A stretch of DNA of 64,000 nt from Lawsonibacter sp. (GTDB taxonomy: Bacteria; Bacillota; Clostridia; Oscillospirales; Oscillospiraceae), in contig JAZSJB010000017.1 of NCBI GenBank assembly GCA_045534105.1, positions 8,591 to 72,590 of the forward strand, given 5' to 3'. How positions within the stretch are numbered: position 1 is the stretch's first letter; every line of letters starts with the position of its first letter. This document shows, piece by piece, positions 29,298 to 38,520 of this stretch. The translations under genes were made by a program, and so were the position numbers. A model generated the notes under the pieces. The model had not been told where the DNA came from. It saw only the letters and a list, made by a program, of their open reading frames with translations, and did no database searches.

Positions 29298-29860
29298 TTC
29301 AGCTTATATTCATTCGTCATGGAGCCACTGCCGGCAATCTTGAAAAAAGGTATATTGGCAGTACAGACGAGCCTTTGTGCGACATAGGGATTGCACAGGT
29401 AGAAGCTTTAAGAAAGCACAATTTTCAAGCAGACTATCTCTATGTAAGTCCTATGCTGAGAACAAGGCAAACAGCAGAACTGTTATTTCCCCAAATGAGA
29501 TATACGCTTGTGAGCGATTTCAGGGAGATAAACTTTGGGTTGTTTGAGGGAAAAACCGCAGCGGAGCTTTCATCTTCTATGGAATATCAGGCGTGGGTAG
29601 AATCAATGTGCCTTGATCCTATTCCGCAGGGAGAGCGCGTAACTGATTTCAAAGCGCGATGCTGTTTGGCTTTTAGAGAGATTATGAAAAGTATCCCGGA
29701 TAATTCTTGCGTAGCGTTTGTAGTCCATGGCGGGGTGATTATGGCCATTCTGGAAACCTATGCTCATCCGAAGAAGGGATTCTATGAGTATCACATTGAA
29801 AGCGGAAACTATTTGGCTGCATCCTTATGCTGTGATAGTCGACCGATGATATTGCTCTGA
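29294..29860 (+). CDS. cobC: Histidine phosphatase (alpha-ribazole/cobalamin-5'-phosphate phosphatase)
   Basis: IRHG, SPMLRTRQTA, EINFGLFEG, VHGG; last gene of the operon. Confidence 0.88.
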   Translation: MIQLIFIRHGATAGNLEKRYIGSTDEPLCDIGIAQVEALRKHNFQADYLYVSPMLRTRQTAELLFPQMRYTLVSDFREINFGLFEGKTAAELSSSMEYQAWVESMCLDPIPQGERVTDFKARCCLAFREIMKSIPDNSCVAFVVHGGVIMAILETYAHPKKGFYEYHIESGNYLAASLCCDSRPMILL

Positions 29861-29863
29861 AAA

Positions 29864-29899
29864 CGGGTTTTTATTGAATACAGCAGCGCAAAATATGAC
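29864..29899 (+). repeat. Copy 3 of the ~32-bp motif; right boundary of the cobamide cargo
   Basis: CGGGTTTTTATTGAATACAGCAGCGCAAAATATGAC, starting at 29864, just after the cobC stop (29860). Confidence 0.85.
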
Positions 29900-29946
29900 C
29901 ACCTTGAAGATAGCCAAAGCGCATATCTGTGCCCGATAAAAATGCA

Positions 29947-29975
29947 TTGACTTTCGTCCTGACCGTAGCTATTAT
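29947..29975 (+). promoter_or_regulatory. Outward-facing SigA-like promoter near the element right end
   Basis: TTGACT-17 bp-TATTAT. Confidence 0.55.
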
Positions 29976-30158
29976 GTATGTGACATTCCCCGCCGCAGCT
30001 TAATCAGAACTGCGTGCGTTTTTGACCACAGCTCATGTCACATACACGCAGCAAATGAACGGAAACATGCGGGACAAAGAGCGGCGGAAAGTAATTGCGA
30101 GAAACCAAAAACCGCTAAAAACCAGTACAAACAAGCGGAAATTATCGTTTGCTGGGCG

Positions 30159-30203
30159 TTCGGGTCCAAGAGGCCCCGGGTTCGAATCCCGGCGCTCCGA
30201 CCA
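30159..30203 (+). pseudogene. 3' half of tRNA-Pro(CGG); attR of the element
   Basis: TTCGGGT-CCAAG-AGGC-CCCGGGTTCGAATCCCGG-CGCTCCGA-CCA; no 5' acceptor or D arm; tRNA similarity begins at the anticodon loop. Confidence 0.9.
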
Positions 30204-30204
30204 G

Positions 30205-30247
30205 ATCGCTGCGAACGACATATCTCGTTCGCAGCGATTTTCTTTTT
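30205..30247 (+). terminator. Terminator of the original tRNA-Pro locus
   Basis: ATCGCTGCGAACGA-CATATC-TCGTTCGCAGCGAT plus T tract. Confidence 0.85.
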
Positions 30248-30272
30248 CATTCCGCCATAGGGAGGTTTTCAG

Positions 30273-31121
30273 ATGAAGTCAAATGCCGTAAAGGAATTTT
30301 CCCTTATTACTATTGGCACCGCTATTATTGCCGCTGCTGTATTCTTTTTTGCCCAGCCCCTTCATCTGACCTTGGGCAGCGTGTCCGGCCTTGCCATCAT
30401 TTTGGAATGTCTGCTCCCGCTGCGCATGTCTACCATTGCGCTGATTCTTAACGCGGTACTGCTGCTCTTTGGTTTTCTGCTCATCGGCCGGGAGTTTGGT
30501 GCAAAGACCATATACACCTCCCTGCTCCTGCCTGTGCTGCTGGGCGTGCTTGAACGTCTCTTTCCCCATAACACCTCCCTGACCGGGGACGCGTTCATCG
30601 ATATGGTCTGCTATCTGTTTGTGGTCAGCTTTGGTCAGTCCATCCTTTTTGCCCGCAACGCCTCCTCCGGCGGACTGGACATCGTAGGCAAGATCATGAA
30701 CAAGTTCCTGCGCATGGACATCGGCAAGGCCATCGCCTTGTCCGGCATGTGCATCGCCCTGTCCTCCGCTCTGGTCTTTGATAAAAAGACTGTAGTGCTC
30801 AGCGTTCTGGGCACCTACCTCAGCGGCATGGTACTGGACCACTTCATTTTCGGCAGTAACATCAAGCGCAGGGTATGCATCATCTCCGCTCATCAGAATG
30901 AGATCGTGGACTACGTTCTCAACACCCTGCATAGCGGCGCCACCCTCTACCAGGCCAAGGGTGCTTACACCAACGCCCCCATCTCCGAGATCATTGTGAT
31001 CGTGAATAAGCAGGAGTACCGCCTGCTCATGGACTTCATTGCCAAGACCGACCCCAAGGCCTTTGTCACCATCTATAATGTAAACGAAGTAGTCTATCAA
31101 CCCAAAGTAATTAACAAATAA
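30273..31121 (+). CDS. YitT family membrane protein
   Basis: GSVSGLAI, IGREFGAKT, ASSGGLDI, GAT..AKGAYT, DPKAFV; GGAGG RBS. Confidence 0.88.
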   Translation: MKSNAVKEFSLITIGTAIIAAAVFFFAQPLHLTLGSVSGLAIILECLLPLRMSTIALILNAVLLLFGFLLIGREFGAKTIYTSLLLPVLLGVLERLFPHNTSLTGDAFIDMVCYLFVVSFGQSILFARNASSGGLDIVGKIMNKFLRMDIGKAIALSGMCIALSSALVFDKKTVVLSVLGTYLSGMVLDHFIFGSNIKRRVCIISAHQNEIVDYVLNTLHSGATLYQAKGAYTNAPISEIIVIVNKQEYRLLMDFIAKTDPKAFVTIYNVNEVVYQPKVINK

Positions 31122-31127
31122 AACGTG

Positions 31128-31160
31128 AGGGCTGTCCGCCGCGGCGGACAGCCCTGTTTT
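31128..31160. terminator. Terminator between convergent genes
   Basis: AGGGCTGTCCGCC-GC-GGCGGACAGCCCT. Confidence 0.8.
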
Positions 31161-31162
31161 CA

Positions 31163-32341
31163 TCATCCAAACACGATTTTTCTGTAATTCTCCTGGTCGG
31201 TGTCGCCCTCGGTGCTGATGAGCAGCACGCGGGAGTTTTTATCCAGCTTCAGCGCCTTGCGCAGTTCCTCGTACCGACCGCTCATAATGCGCTCCAAAAG
31301 TCCCGCACCCACGGCGCCAGACTCGCCGGAAACTACCACCGGGTCTGCCTCGCAAGGCTTACCAAGCAGGCGCATACCTTGTGCGGCCGCTTCATCATCA
31401 CAGGAAACAAAGGCATCGGAATAGGCATTCAGCACCGGCCAGACCACGGTACACGGCTCTCCGCAGGCAAGACCGGCCATGATGGTGTCCATGTCTCCGG
31501 TGACAAAGTGGAGCTTTCCATCATCGGCGGCAGCGCTGCGGTAGACACAGTCCGCCTTGTCCGGCTCAACAATGGCAGTAATGGGATAGTCTGCGCCGTA
31601 GGCCTGCACCATACTGCCCAGTACCGCGCCGGCGAAGCTACCCACCCCGGCCTGGAGGAACAGGTGGGTGGGCACGTGCTCCCCCATGGCCTCCAGTTGT
31701 TCCACAATCTCCAGAGCCAGAGTGCTGTAGCCCTGAACGATTTGGGTTGGGATCGTCTCGTAGCCGGGCCAGGCCGTGTCCTGGATCAGGATCCATCCGT
31801 TTTCTTCCGCGTCCTTTGCCGCCATGCGCACGGTGTCATCATAATTAAATTCCGTAATCTTCGCCCGTGCCCCTTGAGCACGGATGTTTTCAAGCCGTTC
31901 CGCCGCGGAGCCCTTGGGCATATACACTACCGCGTTCTGCCCCAGCACCCGCGCGGTCCAGGCCACACCCCGGCCGTGGTTGCCATCGGTGGCCGTGATA
32001 AAAGTGATCGGCTCTCGCCCTGCAAGGGCCGCACGCAGCGCATCAAAGGTCAATTCGCCCTTCAGCTCCAGAGTATCCTTCAAGTAGTTGGCAATGGCCC
32101 AGCTACCGCCCAACGCTTTGAAGGCATTGAGTCCAAAGCGCTTGGACTCGTCCTTCAGGTACACAGCGCCCACACCGGTCTTTTTTGCCAGACCGTCCAG
32201 CTTCACAAGGGGTGTAATTTCGTATCCGGGCAGGGTCGCATGAAAGGCTTTGGCGCGCTGTGCCTCCTCCCTGCCAATAAACGAAGTATCCGCCTGTCCG
32301 TGTTCTCCCCGAGTCCTCAGGCAGTACCGCATCTGCTCCAT
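31163..32341 (-). CDS. dpaL: Diaminopropionate ammonia-lyase
   Basis: KDESKRFGLNAFKALGG, ATDGNHGRG, QDTAWPGY, QAGVGS, TIMAGLACGEP, STEGDTD. Confidence 0.92.
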   Translation of the reverse strand: MEQMRYCLRTRGEHGQADTSFIGREEAQRAKAFHATLPGYEITPLVKLDGLAKKTGVGAVYLKDESKRFGLNAFKALGGSWAIANYLKDTLELKGELTFDALRAALAGREPITFITATDGNHGRGVAWTARVLGQNAVVYMPKGSAAERLENIRAQGARAKITEFNYDDTVRMAAKDAEENGWILIQDTAWPGYETIPTQIVQGYSTLALEIVEQLEAMGEHVPTHLFLQAGVGSFAGAVLGSMVQAYGADYPITAIVEPDKADCVYRSAAADDGKLHFVTGDMDTIMAGLACGEPCTVVWPVLNAYSDAFVSCDDEAAAQGMRLLGKPCEADPVVVSGESGAVGAGLLERIMSGRYEELRKALKLDKNSRVLLISTEGDTDQENYRKIVFG

Positions 32342-32362
32342 CTTCTATCCCTCCAGTATGTT

Positions 32363-32397
32363 CCAAAAAGAGGCTCCACGCTGTGGAGCCTCTTTGG
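32363..32397 (-). terminator. Intrinsic terminator after ftsK
   Basis: AAAGAGGCTCCAC-GCT-GTGGAGCCTCTTT. Confidence 0.75.
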
Positions 32398-32399
32398 GT

Positions 32400-35039
32400 T
32401 TAAAGGGTATCTTCACTTGAAATGTCCAGTGCGTCATCCATGTCAAAGGGTGGCTGCTCCAACTCAGCCGGAGGCTGTTCTCCGGCAACAGGTGCCACAG
32501 TCATGTCCTGACGATACTGCATCTCCTGCCACTGCTCCTTAGTGATGAGCAGCTGACGGGGTTTGGACCCCTCAAAGGGACCAACGACTCCCTTTTCCTC
32601 CATCTGGTCCACCAACCGGGCCGCCCTGGCATAGCCCAGCTTCAGCCGGCGCTGGAGCATGGACACGGAGGCCTGTCCGGTCTCGATGACCACTTCGATG
32701 GCAGCGGAGAGAAGCTCGTCATACTCATCGTCCACCGCCTCAGGGGCAGCGCCGCCCACGCCTTTGGCATTCTTTTCCTTCTCCGCTGCATGCTGCTCGA
32801 TCTCATGCATGACCTCGTCGGAGTAGTTGGCACTGCCGGACTTCTTGACAAATTCCACCACCCGGGCCACCTCCTCATCAGAGATGAAGCAGCCCTGCAC
32901 ACGCTGCGGTTTACCGCTACCCAGCGGGGCAAAGAGCATGTCGCCCCGGCCCACCAGTTTCTCCGCGCCCATGGTATCCAGAATAATGCGTGATTCCATG
33001 GCAGAGGCTACAGCAAATGCGATGCGGCTGGGAATATTGGCCTTCATCAGGCCGGTAATGACATCGGCAGAAGGACGCTGGGTCGCAATGACCAGATGCA
33101 TACCAGAGGCACGGCCCATCTGGGCCACACGGCAGATGGACTCCTCCACCTCTTTTGCCGCCACCAGCATCAGGTCGGCCAGCTCGTCGATGAGCACCAC
33201 TACGCTGGGCATCTTTTCCATGCCCTCGGTCTTAGCTGCCAAAGCGTTGTACTCATCCAGCTTGCGCACACCCACCTCAGAGAAGGTGCGGTAGCGCTTC
33301 ATCATCTCCGTCACTGCCCACTGCAGAGCACCGGCCGCCTTTTTGTGGTCTGTAACCACGGGGTTGAGCAGGTGCGGAATGCCGTTATAGATGCCCAGTT
33401 CCACCATCTTGGGGTCCACCATGATCAGGCGGACCTCCTCAGGGGTGGCTTTATAGAGCAAAGAGGTAATAATGGAGTTGGTACACACAGACTTACCGGA
33501 ACCGGTAGTACCGGCAATAAGCAAATGGGGCAGCTTACTGATATCCCCCACCACGCAGCGGCCGCCGATATCCTTGCCAACAGCAAAGGAAACCTTGGAC
33601 CTGCTGTCCGTGAAGTTTTTGGAGCCGATGACCTCATGAATGCTGACGGGAGAAACCGCCTTATTGGGCACCTCAATGCCCACCACAGAGATCTTGTCCG
33701 GAATGGGTGCAATACGTACGCCGGTGGCGCCAAGGGCCAGGGCGATGTCATCCGCCAGGTTGGTCAGCTTGTTCAGCCGCACGCCCTGGTCCAGTTCCAG
33801 CTCATACCGGGTGACCGAGGGACCGCGGACGATGTTGATGATATTGGCTTCAATTCCGAAGGAGCGGATAGTATCATTCAGCCGCTGGCGGTTGGTGCTC
33901 AGTTCACTCTGTGCATCACCCGCATTGTCACCCCGCTCCTCATTCAGCAGGGACAGGGGCGGATACTGATAGGGCTTGGACTCCTGCTCCATGGTCTGTT
34001 CAATGTCCTTGGCCACCTCCTGGGCAGCCTGGGCAGCCTCGCTGGCCGTCACTTTGGGCACCGCGGGCTCACGGACGATCTCCGGCACGTCAGGCACATC
34101 CGCCTCAATAGGCTCCTCTGTCTCCGGCACAGGGGCAGAAACAGGTTCCTTAAAGGGTACTACAGGCTCGTCCACCATACGGGACACACCGGTCAGCACC
34201 TCGTCCGGGGCTTTTACATTGGGCTTGCGGTTAAAGAAACCGCTCTTTTGCGGTTTTGGCTCACCCGCCACCTTCTCCGGGGCAGCGACCACAGGTCCGT
34301 CATCCAGAGGGATATCAAAGACCGCACGCTTGGTTGAGGGCATCTCCCGGACCGGTTCCGGCTGGGTCTGGCGTTTGGGCTTTTCCGGCTCCTCCACAGG
34401 AGGCTCATACTCCGGATGGGGCCGGCTGCGGATGTAGTCCACAATATCCCCGATACTGCGGTTAAAGGCCGCAAGGCCCATGAACACAGCCAAAACCACC
34501 AGCAGAATGGCCGTGCCCGGCACGCTGAACAGCTGTTTGCCGCCAATAGCCAGCACACCACTCACAACGCCGCCGGAGGCCAGCTTTTGGCCGGACTGCC
34601 ACAGCTGGCCTGCCAGCTCCCGGCTCCAGGCATACTCATCCGCAAGGAACAGATGCAGGCCCGTACCCAGCAGCACCGGCAGCAGCAGCGCACAGGTCAG
34701 GCGCAGACGCACCGGTCGGCCACGGTGGAACGCCAGAACATAAAAGGCCAGCAGCAGCGCCGGTGGCATCAGGAAGAAGCCGCACCCAAACAGTCCCTTG
34801 AGCAAGGCGCAGAAGTAGTCAATAAACAGTCCCTTGATGCTAAAATAGCCCAGAGCGGAAAACAGCGCCAGTACAAGGCAGATGGCCGCCCATACCTCCC
34901 GGCGGATGGGGCGTTTTGCCGCAGTCTGCCTGCTCTGCCCGGCAGGACGACCGCTTTTATTCGCAGCGGCGGAACGAGTGTTCTTTTTTGCAGGTGCGGC
35001 CTTCCGCTTGCCGCCGGTTTTCTTTTGTGTCGAAGCCAT
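32400..35039 (-). CDS. ftsK: DNA translocase FtsK/SpoIIIE
   Basis: N-terminal TM helices, PHLLIAGTTGSGKS, IDELADLM, ATQRPS, gamma domain LQRRLKLGYARAARL. Confidence 0.96.
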   Translation of the reverse strand: MASTQKKTGGKRKAAPAKKNTRSAAANKSGRPAGQSRQTAAKRPIRREVWAAICLVLALFSALGYFSIKGLFIDYFCALLKGLFGCGFFLMPPALLLAFYVLAFHRGRPVRLRLTCALLLPVLLGTGLHLFLADEYAWSRELAGQLWQSGQKLASGGVVSGVLAIGGKQLFSVPGTAILLVVLAVFMGLAAFNRSIGDIVDYIRSRPHPEYEPPVEEPEKPKRQTQPEPVREMPSTKRAVFDIPLDDGPVVAAPEKVAGEPKPQKSGFFNRKPNVKAPDEVLTGVSRMVDEPVVPFKEPVSAPVPETEEPIEADVPDVPEIVREPAVPKVTASEAAQAAQEVAKDIEQTMEQESKPYQYPPLSLLNEERGDNAGDAQSELSTNRQRLNDTIRSFGIEANIINIVRGPSVTRYELELDQGVRLNKLTNLADDIALALGATGVRIAPIPDKISVVGIEVPNKAVSPVSIHEVIGSKNFTDSRSKVSFAVGKDIGGRCVVGDISKLPHLLIAGTTGSGKSVCTNSIITSLLYKATPEEVRLIMVDPKMVELGIYNGIPHLLNPVVTDHKKAAGALQWAVTEMMKRYRTFSEVGVRKLDEYNALAAKTEGMEKMPSVVVLIDELADLMLVAAKEVEESICRVAQMGRASGMHLVIATQRPSADVITGLMKANIPSRIAFAVASAMESRIILDTMGAEKLVGRGDMLFAPLGSGKPQRVQGCFISDEEVARVVEFVKKSGSANYSDEVMHEIEQHAAEKEKNAKGVGGAAPEAVDDEYDELLSAAIEVVIETGQASVSMLQRRLKLGYARAARLVDQMEEKGVVGPFEGSKPRQLLITKEQWQEMQYRQDMTVAPVAGEQPPAELEQPPFDMDDALDISSEDTL

Positions 35040-35066
35040 GGTTATCTACAGTCCCTTCTTAGGAGG

Positions 35067-35912
35067 TTAAATCAGCGTCCAACCCATCAGGCTCAGGATC
35101 AAAGCGATTGCGCCCGCCGCCCAACAGTAGTAGGCAAAAGCACCGAACTTCCCCTTCGCGGCCAGCAGGTTGACCAGCCGGATGGAGATGTAACCCACAA
35201 TACCAGCCACTGCCATGCCCACCAGATACTTGGGCAGCAGATCCTGGGCAAACCCACCCTCCAGCTCCAGAACATCCTTGACCTCCAGAATGGTGGCGCC
35301 CAGAACAGCAGGCAAAGACATGAGGAAAGAGTAGCGTACCGCGAACTTCCGATCAAAGCCCATTGCCATGCCCGCAGAAATCGTACAACCGGATCTTGAC
35401 AGGCCTGGAACCGTTGCAAGTCCCTGTGCCACACCCACCAAAAGGACATCTTTCAGTGTGGCGGTGCGGGCCGTTTTTCGTCCCCCGGCCATGCGGTCAG
35501 AGAAAAACAGAATACAGCCCGTGACCATCAGCGCACAGCTGACAAACACAGGGCTTCCCCCCAGCGCCTCCACATAGTCTTTTATGAGCAGTACCGCGAA
35601 CAAAGGCAGCGTACCCACAACGACCAACAGCACCAGTCGCCGGGCCTCCGGGATCTCCTTCCCCCGCCGTCTGCGGGAAAACAATGCGGCAAGCCCACGG
35701 AAAAACTCCGTTATCATCTGCGTCACATCGCGGAAATAGTAGACACATACAGCCAGCAGTGTGGCAAAGTGGAGCAGGACATTATAAAGATTATCCGGCT
35801 CCTCCATGCCGAAAAAGTGCTGAAACAGCGTCAGGTGGCCAGAACTGGAAACAGGCAGAAATTCCGCCACTCCCTGCACCAGACCCAAAATCACAGACAT
35901 CAGATAGGTCAA
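35067..35912 (-). CDS. uppP: Undecaprenyl-diphosphate phosphatase (TTG start)
   Basis: QGVAEFLPVSSSGH, PGLSRSG. Confidence 0.95.
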   Translation of the reverse strand: MTYLMSVILGLVQGVAEFLPVSSSGHLTLFQHFFGMEEPDNLYNVLLHFATLLAVCVYYFRDVTQMITEFFRGLAALFSRRRRGKEIPEARRLVLLVVVGTLPLFAVLLIKDYVEALGGSPVFVSCALMVTGCILFFSDRMAGGRKTARTATLKDVLLVGVAQGLATVPGLSRSGCTISAGMAMGFDRKFAVRYSFLMSLPAVLGATILEVKDVLELEGGFAQDLLPKYLVGMAVAGIVGYISIRLVNLLAAKGKFGAFAYYCWAAGAIALILSLMGWTLI

Positions 35913-36025
35913 ATTATGTACCTCCCTTGTGTTGGTCATAATGATACTGATATCATATTAACACAATATGTTGAATAATTCCAGTTCTTTCTTCGATTTT
36001 TAGAGAATTATGTAAACAGGTGATT

Positions 36026-36760
36026 TCACCTGTTCTGTTTTTCCTGTTCCTCCTGCTCTTTTTTTCGCTGACCAATCATCTCATGCAGGCAGGTCAGGGC
36101 ATCCGACAGCCCTCCAATCTGGTCAATGATGCCCAGCTTCACAGCCTCTTCCCCGTATATCACGCTGCCCACATCGGCGGCCAATTCCCCGGTCTGAAGC
36201 ATCAGTTCCGTAAAGGTATCCCGCTTTACGTTGCTGTTGGCTGTGACAAATTGAATGATGCGTTCCTGAATGCGTTCAAAATAATAGAAGGTCTGGGGCA
36301 CGCCGATCACCAGCCCATTCATGCGGACAGGATGGATGGTCATGGCGGCTGATGGGGCAATAAAGGACCGTTTGGCAGACACGGCCAGCGGTACACCGAT
36401 GGAGTGTCCGCCGCCCAGAACAAGGGAAACGGTAGGCTTTGACATGCTGGAAATCAGTTCGGCGATACCCAGCCCCGCTTCAATATCCCCGCCCACCGTG
36501 TTGAGCAGCACCAAAAGTCCATCCACCTCGTCGCTCTCCTCCACCATGGCAAGCAGGGGCATGACGTGCTCATACTTTGTACTTTTACTGGTGGAAGGCA
36601 GCAGCTGGTGGCCTTCGATCTGCCCCACGATGGTAAGCACGTGGACGCTCCCCTTTTTGCTTTGGATCAGTGATGAACCAAAATCCACAATGGGCTGAAT
36701 GGTCTGTTCCGTTGAAAGCAGCCCTTGTCCTTCCTGCTGCTTGTCCTTCTGTTCGTCCAT
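36026..36760 (-). CDS. tepA: ClpP-like protease TepA
   Basis: IVGQIEGH, TKYEHV, LNTVGGDIEAGL, LGGGHSIGVP; near spoIIIE; sigG-like CATCCTA upstream. Confidence 0.9.
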   Translation of the reverse strand: MDEQKDKQQEGQGLLSTEQTIQPIVDFGSSLIQSKKGSVHVLTIVGQIEGHQLLPSTSKSTKYEHVMPLLAMVEESDEVDGLLVLLNTVGGDIEAGLGIAELISSMSKPTVSLVLGGGHSIGVPLAVSAKRSFIAPSAAMTIHPVRMNGLVIGVPQTFYYFERIQERIIQFVTANSNVKRDTFTELMLQTGELAADVGSVIYGEEAVKLGIIDQIGGLSDALTCLHEMIGQRKKEQEEQEKQNR

Positions 36761-36875
36761 AGTAATCACTCCTTTGCTTTCTCTTAGGATGTGTCAAAAG
36801 GGTGATTTTACTCTTCAGTGTACAAAAACAGGAGCCACCAATGGCGACTCCTGTTAGAACATATATTTTCTCGCA

Positions 36876-38213
36876 TCACTGTGCTTTTATCTGCTTCAAC
36901 AGTTCAACGAATTCCTCTGCCAGCGCTTCGCCGATACCGGGAGAAAAACGGCAGGTATCCGCGGCATAACTCCCGTGCTCAAAGCTCATTCGGGTCGGCA
37001 GATAGCCTATGCTGGCTTGATTGGCAAGGGTAAGCACCATGGTCATCTCAAAAGGCGAGTTCTTCTTGATCTCCATGCCGTTGGTGTCAAACATCTCGTA
37101 GGGAGCCAGAGCAAAGGCCAGATCGCCCACGCAAAGGGCATTGATGGTGATGGCGTCAGCGGCCGGCTTCTCCTTTCGCTTGGCGACCGCATTGGCATGG
37201 TATACACTGCTGAAGCCATATTCCCGGGCCAGCTTATTGGCAAGGTCGCGGTCATTGGTTTCAACATACAGATCCCATACCTTCTTCCCCTGCGGCGCCA
37301 GATGGTCTGTAGCATGGTTGATGGCATACTCCCGTGTGGAGCTGGCCGCACGAATGGGACCAAAGTCGGCGGACACATAGGCATCAGCGGCATTCAGCGC
37401 GTAATTGGCCAGCGCCTTGCCGTGGGCCACATGGTCCTGCTCAGGTACCACGTTCTCCTCTTTGATTTTACTGACGGGGTTGACGTTGCCGCAGGCACCG
37501 GTAAAGTAGGCAAAGCAGCAGTCCGTCCTGGCCTCGTACTCCGCACGCATGGCACCGGCAATGTCAGCAGACACATCATACTTCTTCTGTCCGCCTGTGT
37601 CGGTCTGGTGGACGCCGAAGTTGCACAGAATAATATCCTTTCCGCCCTCACGGGTGATTTTGGCCAGCTGCATCACTGGATCAGCATCCGACTCGTGACC
37701 CGCAATAGGCTGGCTGTGATTGCCAAAATTGGGGGTAGTGTAAGTACCGTCCGCCATGAGATAGTGGCGCACAAAATTCATGTTTTTTGTAGTAGTACGG
37801 GTGAGAAACAGCTGTGCCGGTTTCAGGTCGGCCAGGGCATCCACCGCCGCCTGCACCATTTGTTCCTGCAGATACTGCAGATAGCGGCCCACACTTTCCA
37901 CATTCTCGTTCAGAGTATCGGGGGTCGCATGGGAATGGGTGCCGGAGACCTGAATGTGGCTCACGGGAATACCGGTCACTTGACTGATGGCAGGCCGGAT
38001 GTGCGTAGTGGTGGTTTTACCGCCGTTAATGAGGTCGATGGTGAAGACCAAGGCGCGCGCTCCGGTTCCGTCCTCAAAGGCCACACAAGTGGCATACAGG
38101 GGATCCAAAACCGTTTGCGACATACGGCCGGAGGTGTTTCCATAGCCAGCCAAAGGGACAGACTCCTTTGGCGTAATGTCTGCACGGGCATAGCCTGCGT
38201 TCATTTTAAACAT
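36876..38213 (-). CDS. Neutral/alkaline ceramidase-like hydrolase
   Basis: DITP..VPLAGYG, DPLYA, THSHATP, GACGNVNP, GYLPT..F..GSY. Confidence 0.75.
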   Translation of the reverse strand: MFKMNAGYARADITPKESVPLAGYGNTSGRMSQTVLDPLYATCVAFEDGTGARALVFTIDLINGGKTTTTHIRPAISQVTGIPVSHIQVSGTHSHATPDTLNENVESVGRYLQYLQEQMVQAAVDALADLKPAQLFLTRTTTKNMNFVRHYLMADGTYTTPNFGNHSQPIAGHESDADPVMQLAKITREGGKDIILCNFGVHQTDTGGQKKYDVSADIAGAMRAEYEARTDCCFAYFTGACGNVNPVSKIKEENVVPEQDHVAHGKALANYALNAADAYVSADFGPIRAASSTREYAINHATDHLAPQGKKVWDLYVETNDRDLANKLAREYGFSSVYHANAVAKRKEKPAADAITINALCVGDLAFALAPYEMFDTNGMEIKKNSPFEMTMVLTLANQASIGYLPTRMSFEHGSYAADTCRFSPGIGEALAEEFVELLKQIKAQ

Positions 38214-38242
38214 TTTCGCCGCCTCCTGAATTTCATTTTGTC

Positions 38243-38520
38243 TCAGTTGCTCTCATGCAGCTGCTCAAGTATTGCTGTAAATTCCTCCACCGCCCGCTCC
38301 CCGGTACCGGGAACAAAGCGGCAGCGGTCTACGCTGTACCCCCCGTGCTCAAATCCAAGGGCTGAGGGAATTTAGCTGCGATATTCGTTGGAACAGGTGG
38401 TGTACAGCGGATCAAGCACATTCTGGGAATGACGGTGGGCTTCATTTCCATAGCCGGTCAAGGGAACAGACTTTTGGGGGTGATTTCCGCCCGGCCAAAC
38501 CCGACTTTGATTGCGCACAT
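38243..38520 (-). pseudogene. Internally deleted paralog of the adjacent ceramidase-like gene
   Basis: Keeps only N- and C-terminal homologous segments, with one frameshift and one TAA. Confidence 0.85.

Larger units (their letters stand above)
413..30203. mobile_element. Integrative mobilisable element (IME) in tRNA-Pro carrying a cobamide biosynthesis/uptake operon
   Basis: Tandem tyrosine integrases at the left end, excisionase-like HTH, relaxase, no T4SS; 3' half of tRNA-Pro at the right end; CTCCGACCA at both 413-421 and 30195-30203; cargo is visibly more AT-rich than the flanking host genes. Confidence 0.88.

Noticed and set aside
30127-30203. Intact tRNA-Pro gene
   Set aside because: Sequence upstream of the anticodon loop cannot form the acceptor, D or anticodon stems; it is an att remnant.
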